The translations under genes were made by a program, and so were the position numbers. From contig JAAPAO010000140.1 of NCBI GenBank assembly GCA_013115145.1, positions 1 to 64,000 of the forward strand: DNA of 64,000 bases. The letters run 5' to 3'. The notes under the pieces were generated by a model. The model was not told the DNA's origin, made no database searches, and was given only the letters and a program-made list of their open reading frames with translations. The DNA is from Perkinsus chesapeaki ATCC PRA-425. Taxonomy: Eukaryota; Protista; Perkinsozoa. The number at the start of each line of letters is the position of its first letter. Position 1 is the stretch's first letter. Of this stretch, positions 11,676 to 22,710 are shown piece after piece.

Positions 11676-14047
11676 TCACCTTGAGCTGCTGAGTCGATCT
11701 ATTTCATCTCGGCTTCTCGGTGAACTAGTCGATATTTTATCTCTAGTGGCTCTACTGGTATGTCTAGACAGCCCCTCTTGAGGGAGTTCCAACTCAGCAG
11801 CTGCTGCTGCTGCTGAGCTGGTTTGCCGTACAAGTCCTCCTGGAGGAAGGGCTGCGCTGGTTTGTCGATTGAGTGCTCCAATCGGTGCAAGTGGGGCGGT
11901 CATCTCTTCGGACTTGTTCAGAGAGGAATTCTTCCGCGGTGTTCCTCGCCTAGAAAGCAGCAATCCTTCAGAAACAGCATCTCTAAATAACTACATATTA
12001 ACCGCTTCGGGAGTGGCCGCCACAGTACTATCGGGGCTCTCGTTCAACACAGGCGTTCTGTAAGCGCTCTGGGCTCTCGTCAACGGTACCGGAGTTGCCA
12101 TCGGCGAAGATGCGTATGCCGCCGACTGTGTTGACTTCAACGCAGGTTGTTGATAAATCGGATTGTATCGCGAGCCTCGAGTCGCTGGACTTTCATCGCG
12201 GCAGAGACCAGAGGCAGCAGCAACTCTAGGGCTCTGTTGGTAAGCATACAGGGATGCCCGAGGGCTAGGTTGATATCTCCGGGACGAATTGAGACGATCC
12301 GCATACAGCGAAAGTGCGCTTGACTCGCGCCTGATGCCGTTGGGGGCAATGGAGCCCCGAGGTGTGCAGTCAACACCAGCAACGGAGCTTGAGTCCCTGA
12401 CAAACACACATTCGAGCAACAAGATTGTAGTCGGCTGCGGTGGCGGGAGGCTGACTTGACTGACCTCCAAGGATCGTCCTCATTGGGCATAGTGTAGTTA
12501 GATGCTGCCTTCAAAGCTGAGAATGACAAATGAATAACACACCATAAGTGAGTAAGGGTGAGCTTCTTCTTCTAACCTTCAATATTCTTCCTTCTTTGTT
12601 CTTCTCGTTCTTCTCTAGCTCTTCTCCTCTCCTCCAGTTTCTCCCTTCTTGCCTCATGCTCCGCCCAGGCCTTCGCTTCAGCATCAGAGTTGCTGGTGAA
12701 GGAATCTAACCATCATCATTGATACGATCGAATGATCATCATCATTGATACGTATTGGATGAATTACGATTGATGATCATCATCAATCGTAACAGAATGG
12801 TCGTTATTAATTTGATCAAGAGCTCCCAATCACCGAAAAACTATTAGTATCAATCACCGTAGGCAGGGCAACAAGCCCGGTATCACGAGTCACCGCTCGG
12901 AAGCACAGACAGACTCCAGAACAAAATTCCTTCGAAACTGGCGTTCCTACGTTAACGACCAAAACGAAGCTACTCGAACAACTAGATGGCTGGCTCATCG
13001 CCCACCTATCCGGGCCGGAGCCACCGCACCATTTTGGCCTGCCCCCCTCCTGCTCGCCGTAACGTCATCATCGTCATCATCATCAGCACTCAAGGCAAAT
13101 GAATCCTTCGCGGATGAGGCCATCTTCACAGGAGTATGTCTGCCATCACTTATTGGTGATCTCCGTGCTTGCTGTTCTGGAGAGGGGGTAGGCTGTAGCG
13201 TTTCCGCTGGTCGGCGGCCACCACCACCGGCAGCATCAGCCGGATGAGTCTCATTGCCGGATGGCTTTCCAGGTGCTTTCGAGGCGGGTATACTGAGGGA
13301 AAGCGGCGAAGTAGGATTGGCCTCTCTATGAACTGATAAGGTTTTCGGCCTGAAGTTTAGAACACTGAAACTTTTGTCTAAGGCTAAAACACTGGAGCTA
13401 ACGAAAACCAATACCATCGGGAAATATTCATATTGCCCTGGCAAAAAAGGGTAAAACCCCTGTGCCCCTAACTGCCTTCACTCTGTCCTATCGTGAACTG
13501 GGGGTTAGCCATCAGACTAGGCCAGTGGCCCTGGGTCACTCATAGAAGAGACTCTGATTACCGCATAAATGCAAGTTTGACTACAAACACTCGCATACGA
13601 CATTTGACAAACATAATACAAACAAGAAAAGATTCCCAAGAATCTTGTTATTTAGGTCATCTATTTCTAAAGTCCACAAAGGTAAGAAAACGTGATCACG
13701 TTGGTGTAGAAGTAATTATTATTTTTCTATTCCTTCAGCACTACAACGACGCTACATTAGGTCACAAGATATCCCTCCAGACCTATTGAAGAGAAAGCCG
13801 CCCATTGAAAGAATGTCATTCAAGCTTGGATGAATAGTATCCATTAGACACAAGTTATGTAAGTCTAGGAATAACAAACTGACAAATGGCGACTGGCTAC
13901 TTACCTCTGGCTCGGTTTGCCAGCAGCTGCTGCTGCTGGCACTTGCTTGCTCCTCTCACGGTGAGCCTCATCATTATTATGATGTTTATGATGATGGTGC
14001 TTCTGTGGTGGCGGTGGAGGCGGGTCGCTACTAAAACAGATCCCCAT
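11676..14047 (-). CDS. hypothetical multi-exon gene(s), low-complexity and coiled-coil; possible first exon MGICFSSDPPPPPPQKHHHH
   Basis: Exon-like segments with GTAAG donors; charged helix EAKAWAEHEARREKLEERRRAREEREEQRRK near 12590-12690; exon joining unresolved. Confidence 0.35.
12764..12792. repeat. perfect 14-bp inverted repeat with 1-nt spacer
   Basis: TTACGATTGATGAT-C-ATCATCAATCGTAA; adjacent direct repeat CATCATCATTGATACG at 12711 and 12737. Confidence 0.9.
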
Positions 14048-14236
14048 ATGCGAAAAAAGTATATCAACTGTCATGTCGAGTGCCCATGCCACCAGAGCTC
14101 AAGAGCAATGAAAACTAGCTCCGAAAAATGGTCGAATAGGGGAGCGTTGAAGTGTAAAATAATGTACTAACAACAATAAAGGAAGGTGTCACCAATAATC
14201 TTTACGATACATCGAAATTGAAACTGCACCGCTACT

Positions 14237-15660
14237 TCAAGTGGGCTGCTGCAAAGTGCCGGTTTCCCCGACTAACCCTCGAGCGGGAGAGGTCACCGAT
14301 AGGTCCACCCGGGCCGTACTGGGTCGGAATTCACTTCTATATCTTCTCAAATTGGACGGCCCTGTTGCCGTTCCGCTCACAACTGGAGCGGTGTCATCGA
14401 GCACGCTGCTCCGATAGGGGCGTAAACCTGGCTGAGCAACTGATCCAGATGCATGCGTACCGAAACCAAAGCTTCTGTAGAAGGAAGGATCGTCATATAC
14501 ATTCGAATAGGTTCGCAGACCCGCCCCATCAGCCCGCCAACGAGCAGCAGGATATCTCTGAGCACCCGATGTAGTGCATGCTCGCTGTTTCTCGATATCC
14601 GCGTCAAACCAAGAAGGCAGATCGTGACGCCAACGATCTCTACCGTACATCATTCGACGCCCAATAGTTTTGGCCGCTAGAGTTTCTGATGATGAAGAGC
14701 CCGCTGAGGACACCAAGTCGGAGTTTATTTCCTCAGGAAAATCGTCTCGATGCAAATGAGCTATATCATCGTCCAGCGGTGCTCTCTCTCTCCCATGATA
14801 GTGCGGGTAAACTGACCGCTCCCTCTCGAGAGGCACTGCCTCCTGACATTCCTCTGAGTTCGACCGAGCCCCAACTAGACCGTAATGTCCATAGTTCGGC
14901 CGACTCTGATTTGACTTGGACGAATCCCTGATTTAAAGTGGCTTGGTCGATGTCCCCCTACTACCTTTTACAAGACTTAGCGCTGTGGCCACTGGTTGTA
15001 CCTATGATAGATATGCTCATAGAGCGATCGTCTTACACACTTTAGGTCAAAGTGATAAAATACATCATGAAGATATTTTCCCCGTCGGCCGGGTTGCGTC
15101 TAGTATAATAACCTCTACACTAAAATCAACGCAATCGGGGCGACATCTAAGTCGCTCAATTCGGATATATGACCAACATTCTCCAACCGACTTTCATGAT
15201 CAGGTATCGATCATCTCTCTAGTACAACATTTCGAACGCTCCATCCCGGCAATCGGCTACACTCCGTTTTGGACATCTTTTACTAGTAACCATCAATGAC
15301 ATCACTTCCCCTATACTACTTTCTATCTCCTTTTCGTCTTTAGGGTCCCCCGAATAGCAGAGTAGCTTCTCGAATATGCTTCGATGCCTCCTGCTCCCTC
15401 TCCCTAAAATAAACCCTTTTCTACCTTCAACAACTACTGACTGCCTTACCTTCAGTGCTGGGGCTGCGGCTATGACCTTCCCCACTCTTCTTGGCATGAC
15501 CGTTTGAACTGACATTCCACTTAAACTCGAATCCTTTCAACCAACAGAAGTTCGATACGAGCAAAGGTTTGTGGAACAACTTAATACGTATCTTTGGCGA
15601 TAGAATACGCGGCTTTAAGATTCTCCTCTCCAGTAGCGTCCTCATCTCCGCTAACTCCAC
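14237..15660 (-). CDS. hypothetical protein(s), probably spliced
   Basis: 199-aa ORF (14237-14836) plus upstream open segments (15219-15660); no motif recognised. Confidence 0.3.
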
Positions 15661-16322
15661 AACGCTTCCTTCAATTTTTTTGATTATTTCCGGTTAAAAT
15701 ATTTTCCTGCGAATTTCCTAGGCTCCCCTTCTACCTTTTGAATAGATTGAATATATCACCAAAGGTAATACCAAAATACCATTGATCTGAATTGATGCAC
15801 ATTTATAGGAATAACAATATAGATACACACGACATAGGTTAATAATAAAAAACAACTGTGCCCAGGGACTTATTCACAAGAAGGGGTGGCTATGGGAAGG
15901 AAAGTGCTCTTCCGATGCTGAGACATAAAGCAGATCGATTACTGTAAAATATGACCGGAGACCAGAAGCAAATATAGAATGCATGAATCCTTCCTATGTG
16001 CCGTTGACAGCGCCAGCTCCTTAGACTCGTACTCAGCCAAAGATATCAAGAAAACCAATGCATGCGCTCTTATGGAATTTAGTGGCGCAGTGACGATTTT
16101 CTGATCAAACCAGCCATTCCAAGCCTCCCTAGCTAAAGTTAAGTGTTATATTATATTTTTCAATGCATCTCATCATATTTATATTTCACTTTTCTAAGTA
16201 GTACCCTCCCCTAAATTGAAGTATAAAGTCGATTGTTTGGTTCAATTTCAATTTTAACGTTTAATTTCGCTCCCTATTTCGCCTGGTTGAGCTGTTGACA
16301 TTTGAAAGCATTCCTCCTTGTT

Positions 16323-17443
16323 ATGTCCGACAGTCTTTGCTACGATCAGAAAGCGAGAGTGAGGCAGGAACGAATCTGGGATGAAATAGTGGAAAAAGAG
16401 CTGAGGTTCGATGATAGCACAAAAAGATACGCTGAAGCTAGACCTTAAGATACAATCGACCTTTTAAAAGATTCCAAATGAATCATACAAGACCATTGCC
16501 ACCAACAGTCACCACAGTTACTGATAAGGTACAGCATAAAAGCCCTCAAGAACGAGTAAGATCAAATCTTTATAGTGCGATACTGGGGGAGTATCTTTTT
16601 AGATACTAGCATCTAAGGTCGATGCGAGCTCCTATGAGATTCAGGTGATGCGTCATCGTTCTAAAGTGCCAGCTGAGCGTCTGACCGCCCCAGAGACCAG
16701 CCAGCAAGAAATCGGATGGCTTATTGGTGTTCGGTAAGTGTCTCATGATCGAATTCACCTCTATAGAGGCTCTGGGATCCAGGTCCTTAGAGCTCAAAGG
16801 TAACAAACGGCTGCCACTTCAAACTGCAAGTAGCGACTGCTCAAGAGGAGAAGGCCCTGCTGTGCTGATGCAACAGGCAAGGGATTTACCAGCTAATACG
16901 TAAGGGTTGTGTGCTTATTTAATAGATAGCATATTATTTGGTTTTACATACAGAAAGTATATCTATAAAATATGTCAATAGGAGACTAGGTAGCAATAGT
17001 AACAATTATGTATTATACTACTAAATAAGCTTCATTTAAACCAGCTATTGCAGCTCATTTTACTCCAATGTTGTCCTTATGTGCTTCTGAACAGTAGTGT
17101 GTATCAACAATATTATGTTCACTGAATAGTTCACTAGGATTCAACGTATGATAAAATATCATAATAATATACGGTAGATATCATTACCCAATGAATACTA
17201 GCTTTTTAATGCATAATTATACCATAAATGATCTTGTCATTTTTCAGGGTCACCGATTTGAACTCTTTAAACCCTTCTAGATGGCGTCACAGCAAGTCCA
17301 CATGCGATGTCACTCAATATGTTGATGAGTAGTATCTTATCTTGAAAACCCGAAACCCAAAACCCAAAACCCTATTCTTTGCTTTCAGATACGTAACTTT
17401 CTTTCGAAATAATCCTTTTAATAAGTCGTCAAATCCGCGGTGA
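16323..17443 (+). CDS. FAM183/CFAP144-like axonemal microtubule inner protein (multi-exon)
   Basis: Exons give QERIWDEIVEKELR, PAERLTAPETSQQEIGW (fits PxE(K/R)xxxPxTxxQEIGW) and RWRHSKSTCDVTQYVDEYVTFFRNNPF; family assignment from motif recall. Confidence 0.6.
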
Positions 17444-17541
17444 ACTCGCATGTTCTTTGGTTGTCGATATTGCCTTGCTCTTGTGTTCGGGTGTCCCGCG
17501 GGCGGCGTTGATTCATTCTTGCCTGTAGTTTATCTCTCAAT

Positions 17542-18172
17542 ATGGAAGGTCTAGCATTTGATCAGTTCAAGCAGCGCGATTTCAGTGATCTGGCCAAAGC
17601 AGGGTTCGCTGGGAACCTTAAGAAGACCCTAGCAGACTGCTCAAGTCATGGTGGCTTTGCACAACCTAAAATAGAGGATCTTGGAGGTGAGTCTCGATTA
17701 TTAGAATGGAGATGATGATCATTGAATAAGAATGTGCTGCTGCCTTTCTGAATAATCGTTCCGGGGACAATAGTGGTTTATAACAGTGTTATGTTGTCTA
17801 TTCATATCACCATAGGTTGTTGTTACTTCATCAGCGAGCAGCCTTGATCAGTAGTACTGCTCAATGTGCATCTATGATGTTAGTTGTCAGTAAACCTTTA
17901 GTATGATATTCAGTAGTCCGGGTGTCCAGACAGCTTTGGGTCATCAGCACAGCGTAAAACAACATTATTATAACAACACAACATCGTTTATTTATTTCTT
18001 CTGATTGGACTTCCTTTCAGGTGCATTAGCCGATTTCTTCGGTGATGGCGATGATGATGATGCCACCACCGATAACGACTTGATGGCCCTCGGAAACGGC
18101 ATTAATGAGGCAGCTGATTTTGCCAAGTCGGGAGGCGAAGCTCCTGATGATAAAAAGTCCAATAGTTCCTAA
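17542..18172 (+). CDS. small acidic hypothetical protein, 2 exons (17542-17686, 18021-18172)
   Basis: MEGLAFDQFKQRDFSDLAKAG... splices in frame across a GTGAG...TTTCAG intron to GALADFFGDGDDDD...NSS*. Confidence 0.6.
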
Positions 18173-18364
18173 GTATCCTCCTTCCTTCTGGTACATTAGT
18201 TTTCAATATGCTACTGTCGTTTATTAAATACCAATTATTTTCACTATCCCAATATTCTTTGGTTTAAGAGTAGTTGGAGGCACATGGTGAGTCATACCGA
18301 GGCTACACCAGGGTGAGAAAGGTTCATTTGGACCGTTCCTCGCCGAATGATATTGTTAGGAAGA

Positions 18365-18474
18365 CAGGTCTCCAGTCGGTGGTGCTGCATATGGGATGCC
18401 CAAAGACTCGATGACATTTTGGTATCGAGGCTGCTGTAATGTATAATCTGCTTGAAGCACTCTGCCAGTGATCG
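18365..18474 (-). repeat. 110-bp inverted copy of carboxylesterase coding sequence 22811-22920
   Basis: Reverse complement matches 22811-22920 with 2 mismatches; flanking sequences are unrelated. Confidence 0.95.
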
Positions 18475-21400
18475 GACAAACGTGCAAAAGCTTCCAGAAA
18501 TCTCCAAAGAAAATTTCGCTGTCCAACATAATATAAAGACGATGCCCACATGCTCACCAACAAGGCTCTAACCGGTAGATCTCATACTGACCGAGTAAAC
18601 CCGGCCTACCTCTCTCGTGCAGACAAACAGGTTAATGGTGTCGGCGGTGTCGCTGATGTTCTACCACTAGTATTGTTTCAAACGGGCCTACTAAGGTCTG
18701 GTATACTTGCTCCTAAATGCGTTTCATCACCTCATTGGTTCCCGAGCATGGGTGCGATGTGTCATCTGCTGCGGAGCAAATCCGGACATTTGGTACACCC
18801 TACGCTTCTGTAGAGGAGGAGTACGGAATTACAACGACCGATGACAGTTGTCTATCAGGCTGCACCGCGGTGAGATAACACCCCTCCTCATCACCGTTGT
18901 AGCCGTATAAGGGTCTGAAACTTTCTACCAATGACACTTACAATGCGTACAAGCATTTTTATAGTCGGTTCATCAACCATAGTTGTTGTTAGTAGCATTA
19001 TCTCGTTTTGGTCTAACCAAGTCAAATCTAGTATCGTCATAACCCTCTACGAAGGGTAAGGTCTCACATGCAGCTCAGTTATGCGGAAATTATGTGGGAA
19101 AGTGTTCAAACAAGCAACAGTAGTAGAATGCATCATCAGTAACACAGCAGGAGCAGGCGGACCCGATGAATAAATGCTATCAGGGGAAGTTTCGGGACAT
19201 TCCGAAGTCGAGGCCGCATAGCAATCTTGCTCAATATCCGAATAATGCAACATTAGTTACTTTGCTGTCCCATCGATGGCCGTATAACCGTTCAACACTG
19301 TTTATTCTCAGATGCGTCTCTGTTGTAACATCCACTGCAACGGCCTCCCTCATGTTGAAACTGTGGCGCACTGTCTCGGTGGAACGCAGTATGAACCACT
19401 TCTGCGTCAGGGGGGCAAAGGGAAGGAACGAAAAATTGGAGTGAGAGTTGACAGCATTTGAGATGGTATGGTCGCCACAGGTTTGTGACTGCTTGCCGCA
19501 CGGCACTTTTGAAACGGCTATATTAGTGAGGCCCGATGTTGTCAGACTCGCAGACTCCACAGATACTTATCCTGCTGGTGAGGGCTTTGGGACCTACACA
19601 GAGGAATGGTAGCGATTCAGGTGTAGCGGAAGACCTAGTTGTTTGTAAACGTGCTTTACTCGATGCTGTTCGGCGGCTCGATCTGCCTCTGGGCATCGAG
19701 GCTTCATCAATATCGTTGGTCGTCTCAGTACAGGAGGGAACGCGTCCAGTTAAGGGAGACTGGAGTGACTGGCCGTGAGTGGTTCTAAAATGCTGATGTC
19801 AAGTTGATTCCTCAGTTATCTTACCACAGACGCAGTGAAAGCTATAATGGAAGGAGAGTTAAGGGAAGCTAACGGAAGGTGCGACAATACCTGATGGGAA
19901 ATGCGAACTCGGCATGGCCGTAGGTCACTTAAGATAAATCACTTCCGCACAAATCTGCCTTCAATTGAAAGAATGGATTCTGGTGGAGGAATGTGGAATC
20001 ATTGTTTGATGTTTGGTATTGACAGTGAAAGAAGAACTTCATGGTTGGATAATAACTGTCTTGTGGCGGCAGAGAGTGAAGGCAGCAGCACCAGGAGACT
20101 GAAGGATGCTGTAGGTCAGCATCGAGCATATATTATATTCTCTCTTGTAGCACCGGTTCACAGTAGGGGAAGCCTTCTGCATCCCCGAGGGCCTCTCCGA
20201 AGGGGTATACAAGCTCCTTTGTGTCGTTGCACCTTTACAGCTGGATGCATCCTTCGCCACGCCGCTTCTATTCGAGTACGATGCTGCATCGTAAATGCAA
20301 GGGCTAAAGCATCCGTCATTGTTTATTCAACAAAACGCGTATTGCGTCAAAGGGGCTTTGAGGTCAGGCAGCACGATAGGGTTTTTCATGGGTAAGGCGG
20401 ATCAGTGTGGGATCATAGGCGAGTCGCAGAGACAACCAACTGGTTGAAATCCAGCAGACGCGCCCTCCGGGGGAGATAAATCAAACTGGCATGTGCGGCA
20501 CATAGGCAGAGTCATTAGAGGACAAGCTTCAGTTAGGCGGGGTGTTGCAGACAACACCTTGAAAACCTCGAGTCTTGAGTCTTGCGCAACACTCAAGTTA
20601 GGCTCGAGAGTTTCCGGGTATGTCTTCCCCGTAGCATGTCTTCCTATACGCGGCCAGGGTGTCTTCTGGCCACCCTCACCCCAACTAGGCCTTAACACTC
20701 TTTCATTTACTCTCCCTCACGGTTTAGCCACATGGCATGTACATTCCTTGTGATACCGCTGGTTGGCCAGGCCCATTGTGGCTGATCTGTCACCAATGGC
20801 AACGTCCCAGTCTTCTCTGTTCTCCGTCCGATTCATGTCGATGCTCTAGCCAAACCTCTGCATGATGATGATGATGTCTATCTCTCTACTTGGTGCCGGG
20901 GAGCATACAGTATATGTACGCGGAAGAATTTCTCAAACCCGCGCGCACTCCAGAAGTTATCATTGCAGCGATAGAGGGCCGGCTCTATCGCTGCTAGTAT
21001 CATTGCTATCATTATGTTACGCACCCTGCGCTCTGACCTCACCTTGAAGCGCAGAGTTGCTCTGCCTGTCTACACTGTACGTGTTCTCGTGGCGCAGAAG
21101 TTCCACCTTTTTTGCTCATAGCTATACTTTTCTTGAATCTGGTATTTCGGTCCTTTCCTTTACACTGGCCGGTGCAGCGCCGGCGGTGCTGGTACGCGAA
21201 TGGATGATATCCACCGCGTCGTTCTGGCAGTGTTTGTCAACTCGACACTTGTACCCGAGTGGGGAAAATTTGAAGATATAACTCAGTTGAAGGTCTGAAG
21301 CTTCCTTTAGCGATACTCGATCATGGCGCCTATCGCCTGCGTGCAGACCAACTCCCACGCTTACTCATACTACTTATAACTTGACAGAGCAGCCACCCAA

Positions 21401-22443
21401 TCTACAAGGGCTCTTACAGGAATAAAGGAATTCCAGCTGAGACAGCATGTCAATAATACGGATGTCATCACTACAGCGTTGAACTATTGCAATAATGCGA
21501 GGCAATGGACATCTAAGAATCTACAGATACTCTTTTTCCGGAGGGCGCCTATCGGCGCCTCTATAGAGTATTGATGGCGTAAATTGTGCGCCAGCACAAT
21601 CGCTATCCGCGATTTATCATCCCAGACTCGAGGATCACAGGAACACACGCCTTGAATCGAGGAACTCCCGCTGGGTGATTCTCCGCTTAAGTAGTACTAC
21701 TTTTTAAGGTATTTCATGAGTTCAGACAAGTGGGCTCGATTGTATCGTTCCCAGCGTTATCCATTTGTAGTACTAAGCTGACATTTTCTGGTGCTTAATC
21801 CTTCTTCGTCTAACACTCCGACTGTTGGGTTTGCACCAAAAACGAGCGGCCTGGTCCCGTTATGGCTACGCCATTGATCGATCCAGCGTTCATAATACTT
21901 TCCCCAAACCAGTTATGGTAGGAGAATTTGTCAGAATTTGTGTGATTGGTGTAGGAGACTGGGCCTGGAGAACCAAAATGCAACTCGACTGATTCGCTCT
22001 TGGATTTTACTAATTTGACCTCGGCTTGTATAATAATGTTTGATTATGAGTAAGAAATTCCCATCAGCACTGAGGAAATTCAATTTAATATTTGATCAAA
22101 TGGCCCGTGCTCGGTTGCTCAACAGTAGTGGGCGTTGGGACATGCTGGTCAGGGGCAGGAGCACTCGTGCGATGGATCATCGCCGATGGTGCCCCGTCCC
22201 TTCCCAGATGTCGCATTTCCAGAGAAATGCCTGAAGAGCAACAGGGCGGGACGGGTGGGCAAACGCTTTTCTGCCACTAGACCGGGGGTCTAGGCGATAT
22301 ACTGGGGCTGGCGGCATCGGAGACAGCGAGAGGACGATTGCGCTGAGCTATGTTTCGGTTGCACGCATGCGTTGATCTTCCCTCCGCGCGCGCTATTTGA
22401 CATGGTCCGATGACTTGAACTGTTAGGATACAGTACCGACCCT

Positions 22444-22509
22444 GCTATGATAGCGGCGCTATCTCAGATAGCGATATCATTATTCACAGATAGTCTATCT
22501 GCGAATAAT
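22444..22509. promoter_or_regulatory. cluster of nested palindromes built on GATAG/CTATC, about 200 bp upstream of the esterase start
   Basis: GATAGCG-G-CGCTATC (22449-22463), GCTATCT-C-AGATAGC (22458-22472), ATTATTCACAGATAG-T-CTATCTGCGAATAAT (22479-22509, 1 mismatch); regulatory role is inferred. Confidence 0.45.
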
Positions 22510-22710
22510 TCCCTTCCGGCGGAAATGTACAAAATTTTTTTGTCAAAAAATCCTACAGAACGTTTTCTTACATGTGTGCCGCCCATATTTTGCTTTTCTG
22601 AGGCTTTCAAATTCAGACTTTGGAGCTGCTTCAGTGAAACTATTTAAAAGATTCGTCCGTGATGGAGGAGCACGGGGTTATGTACTATTTTTTCAGACTT
22701 CTGTCACCTC

